From IMG/VR virus record IMGVR_UViG_3300012667_000544, positions 1-31,202 of that record: 31,202 nucleotides of DNA. One strand, written 5' to 3'. Shown one piece after another: positions 18,082-26,876 of this stretch (its first letter is position 1; each line of letters starts with the position of its first letter). Source of the stretch: a virus. Its lineage: Duplodnaviria > Caudoviricetes. A program made the translations under genes and the position numbers. The notes below the pieces were generated by a model. That model was not told the DNA's origin, ran no database searches, and saw only the letters and a program-made list of their open reading frames with translations.

Positions 18082-18636
18082 TTATTTAAGTCTCCAAATT
18101 CTAGCACTAAGATAAGTCTTTTTTGCATCACCTGAAAATGAACTCTTAATTGTGTAAACTAATTCAGCCTTATTAGTTTTAGCAATATAATTTTTTGCTT
18201 GCTGAAAAATATTACCTGCAGCTTTCTTAGAATCAGCTATACTATTAGGTATATATACTGAATCAAGCTTATCAGCTTTTATACTCAACATTTGTTTAGC
18301 TAACATGATTACAATCTCTGGTGTAGTTCTAGTACCTGTAAAAGGTACTTGTTGAATCACAAAAGGGTTAGCATCTAAGTCTTGAAAAGCTTCTGTTAAA
18401 GTATCCAATAAAACTTTTGATTTAGTTTTTGTAACAGTCTTTGGATACATTTTAGCATATATTGAAGGAGCTTTATATATTGAAGAGTCTTTTCTATTAC
18501 CAAACTCTCTACCATACTTAATCTTTGCTGCATTAGGTGTACACCCAATAAGTTTTGCAAACCTATCTAGTTCTCCAGATTGACCATATACATTTAACTG
18601 TTGTAGATTTTCTTTGTTCCAATTTATTCTTGCCAT
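18082..18636 (-). CDS. Hypothetical basic protein, possible N-terminal HTH
   Basis: W.KE.L..L...FAKLIGCTPNAAKIKY. Confidence 0.7.
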   Translation of the reverse strand: MARINWNKENLQQLNVYGQSGELDRFAKLIGCTPNAAKIKYGREFGNRKDSSIYKAPSIYAKMYPKTVTKTKSKVLLDTLTEAFQDLDANPFVIQQVPFTGTRTTPEIVIMLAKQMLSIKADKLDSVYIPNSIADSKKAAGNIFQQAKNYIAKTNKAELVYTIKSSFSGDAKKTYLSARIWRLK

Positions 18637-18654
18637 TGTTTTTTTGTTTTAGGT

Positions 18655-19737
18655 TTATATATAATTAATTTTTGTTTGATCATAATCTTCTAAGGCTGAT
18701 TTAACCCAATCTTCATCTATAGTATTCCTATAACATAGTATATGAATCATAGATTTATCATTAGGGTTTAACCTTAGAAGTCTTCCTATTCTTTGTGAGC
18801 TTTTTCTTTCATTACCATAAGCATGCATTATTATACCTACTTTAAGGTTTGGTATATTAATACCTTCTGATAGCTGTAGTACACAACTTAATTGGTCTAT
18901 TGTACCATTTTTAAAATCTTCAAGATTGTATTCAGAGTTAGGGTTATTACTATGATAGCTTTCTATACCAAAACTATCTGCTTGTTCTTGAGTATTAGCA
19001 AATAAGATAGTCTTGTCTCCCATTCTATTCAGTAATTCTTTTGCATAAGCTACTTTACTAGGAAAGGCCATTATAGCTTTCATCCTCATAATTCTCATTA
19101 TTTGAACCTCTTTGCCTGGTCTTGCTTTAGCACATCTTTCTGTCCAGTAATTATAGTTAGCCTTTTCTGATGTGTAGAAGAACTTTGGAGCTTTGCCTGC
19201 TTTTACATTATGCCTTGTATCCAAGTCTATCATATGTACCATGATCTCATAGTCATTTAGAATGTTGTCTTCTACTGCCTCATCTGTTACATACTTATAG
19301 ACTACAGGTATAAATTTTTTGAATAGCTTTCCCTTTTCTGAATAGTCCATTTTTGGTGGGGTACCTGTTAATCCTATTAGGTTGCCTTGATATGCACTTA
19401 ACCACCATGCATGTGAATTTAAGAGAGAATGAGCCTCATCTAAATATACTGCTTCATAGTCTAAATCTTGTTTTGTTAAAGATAGATAAGTAGTAAAAGT
19501 GATATGGGGTATTAAATACTCCATACCAAACTTTTTAGCATCATCTTTCCAAGATTTATATATAGATACTTTGGGTGCAACAACTAGAAAGAATGCATTA
19601 TCATGGTATAAACTAGCCATGTGTTTTAATCCTACCAAGGTTTTGCCAGTACCTACTGACATTGATATTGTTCCTCTTTTTACATTACTAAGAGCTTTTA
19701 AAGCTTCTTCTTGAATAATATTTTTAGTTTTTATCAT
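18655..19737 (-). CDS. Superfamily 2 DExH helicase
   Basis: SVGTGKT, VVAP, LDEAH, GLTGTP, LSEGINIP, QRIGRLLR. Confidence 0.93.
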   Translation of the reverse strand: MIKTKNIIQEEALKALSNVKRGTISMSVGTGKTLVGLKHMASLYHDNAFFLVVAPKVSIYKSWKDDAKKFGMEYLIPHITFTTYLSLTKQDLDYEAVYLDEAHSLLNSHAWWLSAYQGNLIGLTGTPPKMDYSEKGKLFKKFIPVVYKYVTDEAVEDNILNDYEIMVHMIDLDTRHNVKAGKAPKFFYTSEKANYNYWTERCAKARPGKEVQIMRIMRMKAIMAFPSKVAYAKELLNRMGDKTILFANTQEQADSFGIESYHSNNPNSEYNLEDFKNGTIDQLSCVLQLSEGINIPNLKVGIIMHAYGNERKSSQRIGRLLRLNPNDKSMIHILCYRNTIDEDWVKSALEDYDQTKINYI

Positions 19738-19936
19738 CTTTTTTATTTAAACCTGTCATATAATTAACTTCAATATCTTTATCTCCATTTAAAGCATTTT
19801 TAGCATACTGTAAAGCAGACCTTACTTGTCTATCGTGGGATGTTTCTAATTTACTACTGTTGTGTATGTTTGAAGTGATTCTGAGAGCTTCAATAATGTT
19901 TTCAAGTTGAAATTTATATATTATTATTTCTTCCAT
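19724..19936 (-). CDS. Hypothetical protein
   Basis: 70-aa ORF, TAATG-coupled. Confidence 0.75.
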   Translation of the reverse strand: MEEIIIYKFQLENIIEALRITSNIHNSSKLETSHDRQVRSALQYAKNALNGDKDIEVNYMTGLNKKDDKN

Positions 19937-20184
19937 TAGTCTTGTTTAAATGTTTCTTTATAATAATCTCTTCCTAAATGTTCAAAACTATTCATTCCAT
20001 AATTCATAGATTTTTGACCTTCAATATGTGTATTGATAATACATTCTTTTTCTTTTACTTGGTAACTGATAAGGTCTACTAAAACTACTTTGAGTATTTT
20101 TCTTCCACTTATTGAATCTAAATCAGAATCATACTTTAAATGTTCATTATACTTTTCAATTAATTCTTGAATTGGTGTTTTCAT
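19936..20184 (-). CDS. Hypothetical phage protein
   Basis: 82-aa ORF, MKTPIQELIE...YYKETFKQD. Confidence 0.8.
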   Translation of the reverse strand: MKTPIQELIEKYNEHLKYDSDLDSISGRKILKVVLVDLISYQVKEKECIINTHIEGQKSMNYGMNSFEHLGRDYYKETFKQD

Positions 20185-20185
20185 A

Positions 20186-20983
20186 TTAATCTTGTTTTTT
20201 TATTTTATAATTTTTATATAGCATATCTGGTTTTTTAAATCTTTTATATATTACTTTATTATTACAATTAAGAGCTTTTGTAATTTCTAATATACTATTA
20301 TAAATAACTATTTCTTTTGTAATAATATTTTCACATATTATCTTTACTGCATTATGATGATCTGTAGTAGTTATAACACATGGTATATTAGGTCTAAAAA
20401 AATAATGATTTTTATATTTGTTATTTTTTAATCTATTTCTATTATTTATAACATTATTTATAATACCAAATCCTTTTTTTAAACCTATATACAACTTCTC
20501 TAATTTTTTTCCTGCAGCATTTTCTGAGTCATAACTTCCTACACAATTACATTCTTTATCATAAATAACAACAGGTTTTTTTTGTTCATCATTTTTTCTA
20601 GGAATTAGTATACCTTTTTTATACTTATCTTTAAGTGTTTTAGATATTTTTTTTCTAGAACTTAAAGCAGTAACTTGTCTTACCACATCAATTATAATAT
20701 TATAATCTGGTTTTAAAGTATCAATATAATATTGTTCTTTTTGTGTTAATAAGTCAAAAGAAGTTTCTTCAAGTATTTCAACAGTAAAAGCATTTTTACC
20801 ATGTTTTATATAACTATTCAATAAATAAGGGTTTTGATGTTTTTTTCTTTCTAAATCAGAGGAATGTCTTTTAAGCCTATGATAAATATTTTTACTACTA
20901 CCTATATAAAATTTATTGTTTATAGTATTAGTAATACAGTATATTCCACATTTTTTTAAGCCAAAGCTTTTTGGTATAATCAT
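20186..20983 (-). mobile_element. Free-standing GIY-YIG homing endonuclease gene with NUMOD3/NUMOD1-like DNA-binding modules
   Basis: GIY.ITN..N.KFYIGSS..I..R...H, EQYYID...PDYN; SRKKISKTLK; two NUMOD1-like repeats; visibly more AT-rich than its flanks. Confidence 0.9.
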
Positions 20984-20995
20984 ATTTTTTTTTTA

Positions 20996-21027
20996 CAAAT
21001 ATACTAAAAAACTTTGACTTTTGCAAA
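20996..21027 (-). promoter_or_regulatory. Full Bacteroidota sigma70 promoter of the homing endonuclease gene
   Basis: TTTG (21027-21024), 20-nt spacer, TATATTTG (21003-20996). Confidence 0.75.
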
Positions 21028-21111
21028 TTACCCCACACTTACTGCTACTGTACCTCTCCTTACTTTACTTAGTTCTTCAAGAGCTTTCTCTTGTATTTCA
21101 TCTTTTGTCAT
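21028..21111 (-). pseudogene. Truncated 5' duplicate of the SF2 helicase gene (27 aa)
   Basis: MTKDEIQEKALEELSKVRRGTVAVSVG*; 16 of 26 aligned residues identical to the helicase N-terminus; stops inside Walker A. Confidence 0.85.
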
Positions 21112-21662
21112 AGTTCATCAAAATTAGGTCTTATTTCTGTAAAATCCTCTGGGATTTCTTTCATTAAACTAATTCTATCTCTAACCCATGTTCCTACATA
21201 ATCCATAGAGTGTTCATTACCATGATAGTCTCCACCACCTCTTCCATTTCCATCTGCTGTTAATAATGGTAAAGGATGAATCTTCATATCTCTTACATTC
21301 CAGTTTCCAGTTATAGGATTACATTTAGTTTTATCTACAAACTGTTTCTTATCCCAATTAACTAAGTAATGATAGTTCTCAGGTATTGCTTCTATAAGCA
21401 TATTAAGTTTGTCTTTTTGTTCAGCTAAACTATAAAGATTAAAGCCTTCATTAGGTTCATCATCAGCATAGTCTCCTGCCCATACTATTCTATTACCTGA
21501 CCATCTACCTCTGTTTCCTTCTCCATCATCTATTAATAGAAACTCTACAGCTTCTACAAATGAATTTCCTATGTAGGAATGTTCCATGAGTTTGGCTCCA
21601 TTGTCTCCTGAATCAACCCATTCTTTATTGCTTGCATTTACTGCTATATAATATTGTCCGAT
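21108..21662 (-). CDS. Conserved hypothetical phage protein (MGQYY...KLMEHS type); probable start codon reads ATC
   Basis: Frame is open 25 codons upstream of ATG 21587: (I)GQYYIAVNASNKEWV...GAKLMEHS; W.GNRIVWAGDY and GNGRGGGDY motifs. Confidence 0.75.
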   Translation of the reverse strand: MGQYYIAVNASNKEWVDSGDNGAKLMEHSYIGNSFVEAVEFLLIDDGEGNRGRWSGNRIVWAGDYADDEPNEGFNLYSLAEQKDKLNMLIEAIPENYHYLVNWDKKQFVDKTKCNPITGNWNVRDMKIHPLPLLTADGNGRGGGDYHGNEHSMDYVGTWVRDRISLMKEIPEDFTEIRPNFDEL

Positions 21663-21682
21663 AATTTCTAAGTTTTAATTGT

Positions 21683-21973
21683 TTAAGCTTTATTTAAAAA
21701 TGCTTCTAATTCATCTAGTCTATACTTAGCAACTAAGTCAAAAACTACTTTATTTTTCAACCAGTCTTGTACAGTACCTTCTTCATCTGTAGGTTGCATT
21801 ACTGTATCATAGTTTAAAGCTTCAAGAATTTCTTTTTTAAAATCTTGATAAAACTTAGGATTGTTTTTTCTTTTGTATAAGCTAAGCTTATATTCTATAA
21901 CCTCTATTAAATCATCATCACTGATTTCATCAAAGTTTATATCTACATCTGTGTTTATTGTTAAATATCCCAT
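21683..21973 (-). CDS. Hypothetical protein
   Basis: 96-aa ORF. Confidence 0.8.
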   Translation of the reverse strand: MGYLTINTDVDINFDEISDDDLIEVIEYKLSLYKRKNNPKFYQDFKKEILEALNYDTVMQPTDEEGTVQDWLKNKVVFDLVAKYRLDELEAFLNKA

Positions 21974-21978
21974 ATTTT

Positions 21979-22392
21979 TTAATTTATTCTTTTTATACTA
22001 AATCCTTTTTCCATTGCCCATGTCCTTTTTTCTTCAATGTAATTATGACAACCTCTACATACTGCTAAAAAATTTAATTCATCTATAAGATCTTTTCCTA
22101 TTTTACCAGCTTTATGATGAATTTCTGTTGCTTGACCTGCACATATTCCTTGAACATGTGCTTCACACATTGGGTGGTTCTGTAGAAAAACTTTTCTTCT
22201 TAAAGAATAGAGTTTCTCTTCCAATGATCTTTTCTGGGACCGGGGAGCAATAGGCTTCTTTGTTGGCTTATTTTGTTTATTAGTGGCAACTCCAGTATTT
22301 GCACACTTTTTACACAACCTAGTACCACCCCGGCTACTCCAGATAAGAGATTCAAGACCACACTTAGTGCAAATCTTCTTCTTTTGTATCAT
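21979..22392 (-). CDS. HNH endonuclease with N-terminal zinc ribbon
   Basis: CxxC...CxxC, then CE.....C...ATEIHH.AG...N.LAVCRGCH; start placed at MIQKKK. Confidence 0.8.
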   Translation of the reverse strand: MIQKKKICTKCGLESLIWSSRGGTRLCKKCANTGVATNKQNKPTKKPIAPRSQKRSLEEKLYSLRRKVFLQNHPMCEAHVQGICAGQATEIHHKAGKIGKDLIDELNFLAVCRGCHNYIEEKRTWAMEKGFSIKRIN

Positions 22393-22609
22393 TATCAGGT
22401 TCTTTAATCTCAAGTGTATCTCTTGTTGTTGATTTCTTAGCTATCAATACACCATTTCTAAAAGTTTTACTAAGAACTGTTACAGCAGATCTAATCTCTG
22501 TAAGATCATTGTCCTGTTTCATCATCTGTTTAAGCAATGCTTCTTCAGCTTCATTCTCAGGAGCAAAAAGTAATGATACTCCTCCATTTACTATAAATTC
22601 TACTTGCAT
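22364..22609 (-). CDS. Hypothetical protein
   Basis: 81-aa overlapping co-oriented ORF. Confidence 0.75.
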   Translation of the reverse strand: MQVEFIVNGGVSLLFAPENEAEEALLKQMMKQDNDLTEIRSAVTVLSKTFRNGVLIAKKSTTRDTLEIKEPDNDTKEEDLH

Positions 22610-23019
22610 GTTTCTGTTGGTATTAATTGGTTAAAATTCTTAGGTAATAATTTTGTTTCTATAAGTCTAGCTATTACTAATGGTTTACTTATCTTTAATA
22701 ATTTAAAAGACATGTTATTTATGTGGTCCTCATGACCTGTTGTACCAAAATAATTTACTAAACTTTTTGTTATCTCCATCTCAGGAAACCATCTCACAAA
22801 AAAGTCATTTGCTAGTTGATTAGTTACTTCTTGTTTAAGTAAATTTACAACAGTTTGACATTTATTATGAGACTTATTAATTCTTTTTTTCTTTTCTATA
22901 CTCATCTTTGAGATCTCATCCTGTGAATATATACTCAAGCCATGTAAAGCTCTATTGTATAAAAAATTCTGATAAGAATTGTAGGGATCTTTTTCAAATC
23001 TACTTTGTTTTGTTTCCAT
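22600..23019 (-). CDS. Hypothetical protein
   Basis: 139-aa ORF. Confidence 0.8.
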   Translation of the reverse strand: METKQSRFEKDPYNSYQNFLYNRALHGLSIYSQDEISKMSIEKKKRINKSHNKCQTVVNLLKQEVTNQLANDFFVRWFPEMEITKSLVNYFGTTGHEDHINNMSFKLLKISKPLVIARLIETKLLPKNFNQLIPTETCK

Positions 23020-23039
23020 GTTTCTGTTTATTAAAAATT

Positions 23040-23074
23040 AAAAAAAAAGGAGCAGGATTATTATCCCACTCCTT
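23040..23074 (-). terminator. Intrinsic terminator
   Basis: AAGGAGTGGGAT-AATA-ATCCTGCTCCTT plus long T run; G-U pairs favour the minus strand. Confidence 0.85.
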
Positions 23075-23096
23075 ATTATTATTTATTTATTTACAA

Positions 23097-23558
23097 TTAT
23101 AGGTCTGTCATATCTGATTCAACTTCTTCAGATACTTGAGCATAAGCTGCTTTAATATCTTCTGTGTTGTTGTGTGCTACAGAAATATCTTCAGCTGAAG
23201 AATTTAATGTATAGAAAGTTTTGCGGTAAACTGGTTGACCATCTTGGCAACATACAATTCCTGTTTTACCTGCAATTTTATAATCTTTCTCAGGGTTATT
23301 TACATTGAATGGCTCTAAGCTTTCTTTAAAGATAATTTTACCAGCAATTTCTTGGTTATTTACCCATTTGAAATCTTTTAAGTCTTCAATAGTACCATGG
23401 ATTAAGGCACTAATATTTCTTTTTCTTACAAATCCATTATCATCAAATGATGATCTTACTTGACTTACTCTGATGTGTCCCCACTCTGGGTTGTTTTTAG
23501 AGATTACTACTACTGCTCCTGTTGATTCATCTGCTGTTACTTTTACTTTTGAGTTCAT
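23097..23558 (-). CDS. Hypothetical phage protein with acidic tail
   Basis: 153-aa ORF bracketed by two hairpins. Confidence 0.85.
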   Translation of the reverse strand: MNSKVKVTADESTGAVVVISKNNPEWGHIRVSQVRSSFDDNGFVRKRNISALIHGTIEDLKDFKWVNNQEIAGKIIFKESLEPFNVNNPEKDYKIAGKTGIVCCQDGQPVYRKTFYTLNSSAEDISVAHNNTEDIKAAYAQVSEEVESDMTDL

Positions 23559-23619
23559 GATTTTTGTTTTTTAGATTGTTAATTGTTAATTGATTTATGA
23601 GTCTTGATTAATTAAATGC

Positions 23620-23646
23620 AAAAAACCAGGAGACTCATCCTGGTTT
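23620..23646 (-). terminator. Intrinsic terminator
   Basis: AAACCAGGA-TGAGTC-TCCTGGTTT, T run of 6. Confidence 0.75.
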
Positions 23647-23681
23647 CAACATATAAACATTAGTGTGATCAGTACTTATGT

Positions 23682-23981
23682 TTAATTTTCTTCTGTAGTA
23701 TCTTCTATATTATTTATAGTTTCTACCTCATCTACTGTTAAACTATCTAGAGATATTGTGACTGAAGGTGAAACCTCATCACTATCTAATTCATAGTCTA
23801 AAGTAATTTCTTTTTTGATTACTGTTTTCTTTTCATTTCTAATTACTGAATCATGCCAATGTGATGTGGGATAATCACCTATATTCATTCCATTAAGATC
23901 TTGGATATCATTATCTGATAAGCTCAAGTATTCTTCTATTGAAAGGTTGATTACTCTCCCATTGGCAAGCTGATAAAGCAT
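23682..23981 (-). CDS. Hypothetical acidic protein
   Basis: 99-aa ORF. Confidence 0.8.
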   Translation of the reverse strand: MLYQLANGRVINLSIEEYLSLSDNDIQDLNGMNIGDYPTSHWHDSVIRNEKKTVIKKEITLDYELDSDEVSPSVTISLDSLTVDEVETINNIEDTTEEN

Positions 23982-23982
23982 T

Positions 23983-24219
23983 TTAGATTACATTAAAGAT
24001 TTTCATAAATAGTAAAATTCCTACTATACCTAATCCAATCCATAACTCAGCTTGTCTTTTTTCTAAAGATACTATATCTTCTCTCATTTCTCCAACAGTA
24101 TCTTCATACTTGTCTAGGTATACAAATTTCTTCTTTTTCTTAAAAGAAGTTCTTTCTTCATTTGAGCCTACTGGGTTATCCCAATGTGTAGACTGTGCTT
24201 TTTCATCTCTTGGTGCCAT
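23983..24219 (-). CDS. Small protein with C-terminal transmembrane helix
   Basis: Coiled-coil-like stretch followed by LWIGLGIVGILLFM. Confidence 0.75.
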   Translation of the reverse strand: MAPRDEKAQSTHWDNPVGSNEERTSFKKKKKFVYLDKYEDTVGEMREDIVSLEKRQAELWIGLGIVGILLFMKIFNVI

Positions 24220-24234
24220 TTTAATTCTTTTTTA

Positions 24235-24242
24235 CAAATATA
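24235..24242 (-). promoter_or_regulatory. Bacteroidota sigma70 -7 element
   Basis: Intergenic TATATTTG. Confidence 0.6.
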
Positions 24243-24248
24243 CAAAAA

Positions 24249-24740
24249 TTAGAAAGGAAGAGTATCTTCATCCTTAACTTTTATAGACTCTATTTCATCC
24301 AAAACATCTTCTAGGTTTTCTACTTTACTATGGATATATGACTCTGATACATAATACTCTTGCTCAGAAGGTTTATTATCTTTTACAGCTTGGTATTCTA
24401 TTTTATAAGGTACTTCACCATAAATATCTACCTCATATATTTTACAAGGGATAAGTTCCATATCTTTTGTACCTGGTAAGGCCAAAGTGGCTTCCTTATC
24501 TACTCTCCAAGTAGCTAAATTACTATAATGTACATATATCCACTCTCCTGTTTTATACTTAAAGTCAGGATAAATACCTAGTAAAGCTTTGTAGATTTGT
24601 TCCATGCTGGTTCTCTCTTTACAGATATGACCAACCAGTAGGTCAATGAACCTGCTAGCCTTTGGCATAACAATATTCTTTCTTAACATCTCCTTGATAT
24701 CACTATCTGTGATTTCTACATTTATCTTTTTAAGACCCAT
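24249..24740 (-). CDS. Hypothetical protein
   Basis: 163-aa ORF. Confidence 0.8.
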   Translation of the reverse strand: MGLKKINVEITDSDIKEMLRKNIVMPKASRFIDLLVGHICKERTSMEQIYKALLGIYPDFKYKTGEWIYVHYSNLATWRVDKEATLALPGTKDMELIPCKIYEVDIYGEVPYKIEYQAVKDNKPSEQEYYVSESYIHSKVENLEDVLDEIESIKVKDEDTLPF

Positions 24741-24930
24741 TATCTAGTGGTTTAGTGATTTCTAATAACTTATTAGTTTCATCTTTTAATTTCATGTACT
24801 CATAAGTATGATCTCCTTGGGCATTGGTAGCACCTATCTTATTCTCAATCATATCAAGCTCTATTTCTTTGATATTTCTGATGATTTGCTCTACTAACTC
24901 TTTTTTAGTGTAATTTTCTCTATCTATCAT
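24730..24930 (-). CDS. Hypothetical protein
   Basis: 66-aa ORF, ATGA-coupled. Confidence 0.7.
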   Translation of the reverse strand: MIDRENYTKKELVEQIIRNIKEIELDMIENKIGATNAQGDHTYEYMKLKDETNKLLEITKPLDNGS

Positions 24931-25208
24931 CCTAGTTCTTTTGCTTCAAATTTGCTAATATACTCTTTCATCTCTTCAATGTACTTGTAGGTAGAGGAGT
25001 CCTCAACTTCTCCACTCAACAATCCTCCTGCTACAAGCTTTTTGTGAGTTTCTCTAAACTGTTTGAACAAGAATTTAATAGTTATAAGAGCATTGTTCTT
25101 AGCATTATTCATATCATAATGAGCATAGGTCTTATAGTTTTCAATATAATGTAATCTCATAATATCATGAGCTTGTTCTGTAGCTGTTAGTGTTTTATTT
25201 AATTCCAT
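24927..25208 (-). CDS. Hypothetical protein
   Basis: 93-aa ORF. Confidence 0.75.
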   Translation of the reverse strand: MELNKTLTATEQAHDIMRLHYIENYKTYAHYDMNNAKNNALITIKFLFKQFRETHKKLVAGGLLSGEVEDSSTYKYIEEMKEYISKFEAKELG

Positions 25209-25413
25209 TTAATTCTATTATAGTTTTTATATCAGTAGAACTTTTTCTTTTAGTAAATGTATGTCTTATATTTTTTACAATATACTTACCTCTTGAAACT
25301 GTTGCTTCAGGATAAACTTCTTCAAATAGTAAAATTTCACCAATATTTACTTTAGGAAAAGATTCATTACTATAAGAATAAATCTCATTACCATTACATA
25401 TTAATTTTATCAT
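25195..25413 (-). CDS. Hypothetical protein
   Basis: 72-aa ORF. Confidence 0.7.
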   Translation of the reverse strand: MIKLICNGNEIYSYSNESFPKVNIGEILLFEEVYPEATVSRGKYIVKNIRHTFTKRKSSTDIKTIIELNGIK

Positions 25414-25418
25414 ATTTT

Positions 25419-25640
25419 CTATTCTTTTGGTTTATCATCAACATATTTAGATATATTATACAATATATCATTAAACAAGTTATAATCTTCTTCACTTATA
25501 TGTCTCCAGTTAAGTAAAGCTCCATAAGCAGGATTTCTTCTAAGCTTTGTTATTGATATAAAAGGATGTTCAGTATCTACCCTGTCTATTGTCATCTCAC
25601 CCCATTTAAGTGACATCCAATAATATTTTTTATCTTCCAT
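25419..25640 (-). CDS. Hypothetical protein
   Basis: 73-aa ORF. Confidence 0.7.
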   Translation of the reverse strand: MEDKKYYWMSLKWGEMTIDRVDTEHPFISITKLRRNPAYGALLNWRHISEEDYNLFNDILYNISKYVDDKPKE

Positions 25641-25643
25641 ATT

Positions 25644-25931
25644 TTAGTAGTTTATTAATAACTGTTTAATTAATCCTACAGCAGTAGCTTTATAAAACAC
25701 CCATCTTAATGCTTTTAAATCAGCAATAGTAATACAGTTTATATTAATATCTATGTTTTCTCCAGCAACATGAGGTGTTGCTTTTATAAGTTTTATTTGA
25801 TAGTTATCATCAATGCCATAGTCTTTGCTTAAAAATAATACAAAGTAAGGATCATTTTTATCTATATATCTCATGGTTGTTTCATCAAAATTCCAACCAT
25901 TTTCTAGTAAGTTTTCATGTGTAATTTTCAT
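25644..25931 (-). CDS. Hypothetical protein
   Basis: 95-aa ORF, TAATG-coupled. Confidence 0.75.
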   Translation of the reverse strand: MKITHENLLENGWNFDETTMRYIDKNDPYFVLFLSKDYGIDDNYQIKLIKATPHVAGENIDININCITIADLKALRWVFYKATAVGLIKQLLINY

Positions 25932-26146
25932 TATAATTTAGCTTTTTGTTTAAAGTGATTAAATACCCCTGGTATATGTTTCTTGTAATAAGGTTGTGTA
26001 TCCATGCACCATTTCTTAAGTTCTTCTTTAGATTGAAAAGGTTTTTGCCAAGATCCACCAGCCATTACTAGTTCAAACATAGGCTCTAGGTCATCTATAA
26101 AATTCTGTACTGTCCATCCTTCCCAGACATGTTTGTTATTATCCAT
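25931..26146 (-). CDS. Conserved-looking small phage protein
   Basis: HVWEGWTV..FI...ELKKWC...QPYYKKHIP. Confidence 0.8.
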   Translation of the reverse strand: MDNNKHVWEGWTVQNFIDDLEPMFELVMAGGSWQKPFQSKEELKKWCMDTQPYYKKHIPGVFNHFKQKAKL

Positions 26147-26156
26147 AATTTAAGTT

Positions 26157-26411
26157 TTAAATTTCATCATCTCCTTCTTTAAGCATTCTCATCATCTTAT
26201 CTCTTTCTTCAATAGACTCTAGTCTACCTTTATTTAATTCAATGATACATTCACCACCAAGTTCTAAATCTAACTCAATCTCATCTAATAGTTTGATTAT
26301 ATTGTTTAATTTACTTGCTAATGGCTTTGTACTTGCCTGTTCACTTAGTCTTTTGTGAACATACTTTGCAGCTTCTTTATCCTGCACTAACTTTTTTAAG
26401 TTTACATTCAT
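26157..26411 (-). CDS. Hypothetical protein
   Basis: 84-aa ORF. Confidence 0.75.
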   Translation of the reverse strand: MNVNLKKLVQDKEAAKYVHKRLSEQASTKPLASKLNNIIKLLDEIELDLELGGECIIELNKGRLESIEERDKMMRMLKEGDDEI

Positions 26412-26415
26412 AATT

Positions 26416-26613
26416 TTAAAGTTTTTTGGTTTTTAATCCTAGGTCTCTTGAATTTTTGTTAAAATTATTTAATATAGATAATCTAATAGACAGCATATCT
26501 TCATATAATTTTAATTCTTCTGGTGTAAATATTCTTTTATCTACTGGATAAGTACTACCAGCTAATTGAAATTTTAACCAATTTCTTTTTTGAGCTAATT
26601 CTTGCTTATTCAT
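26416..26613 (-). CDS. Hypothetical protein
   Basis: Start moved to ATG 26613 because the longer ORF overlaps the tRNA. Confidence 0.75.
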   Translation of the reverse strand: MNKQELAQKRNWLKFQLAGSTYPVDKRIFTPEELKLYEDMLSIRLSILNNFNKNSRDLGLKTKKL

Positions 26614-26631
26614 AATATTAAAGTTGGTTAG

Positions 26632-26703
26632 TGGTTCCACATGGACTCGAACCATGAATACAAGCTTAGAAGGCTAGTGTTATATCCCTTTAACTATAGA
26701 ACC
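26632..26703 (-). tRNA. tRNA-Arg(UCU), CCA not encoded
   Basis: Acceptor GGTTCTA/TGGAACC, D arm GTTA...TAAC, anticodon loop CTTCTAA, T arm CATGG-TTCGAGT-CCATG. Confidence 0.93.
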
Positions 26704-26707
26704 AATG

Positions 26708-26838
26708 TATTAAGTGAAAGGTTAATGCACAAAAAGGTACATGACTACCTACCAAACATTAACCTAACACTCAATAAGGCCTGGGTGTGCAAATAGAAAA
26801 AACTATCACATAAAATCTACCTGCCTTTTTACACCCAG
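26708..26838 (-). ncRNA. Candidate structured RNA (two long hairpins)
   Basis: Stems CTGGGTGT/ACACCCAG with GCAGGTAGA/TCTATTTGC; TATTGAGTG/CACTTAATA with AGGTTAATG/CATTAACCT and AGGTA/TACCT. Confidence 0.5.
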
Positions 26839-26876
26839 AATGCTTTTTAATAACCTTTTACCATAATAAGATTTTA

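Noticed and set aside
19738-21027. Group I intron or intein explanation for the helicase interruption
   Set aside because: There is an in-frame stop, only ~44 nt precede the endonuclease gene, the downstream space is filled by ORFs with no room for a ribozyme core, and the helicase has its own complete N-terminus.
23574-23592. Short tandem repeat (CAATTAA)n upstream of 23558
   Set aside because: About 2.5 copies of a low-complexity unit; too weak to call as iterons or an operator.
1849-26629. AACCAAC in four minus-strand leaders (1849, 13976, 16603, 26623)
   Set aside because: Short, variable distance to the ATG (4-20 nt) and compatible with general A/C-rich leaders; cannot be supported without statistics.
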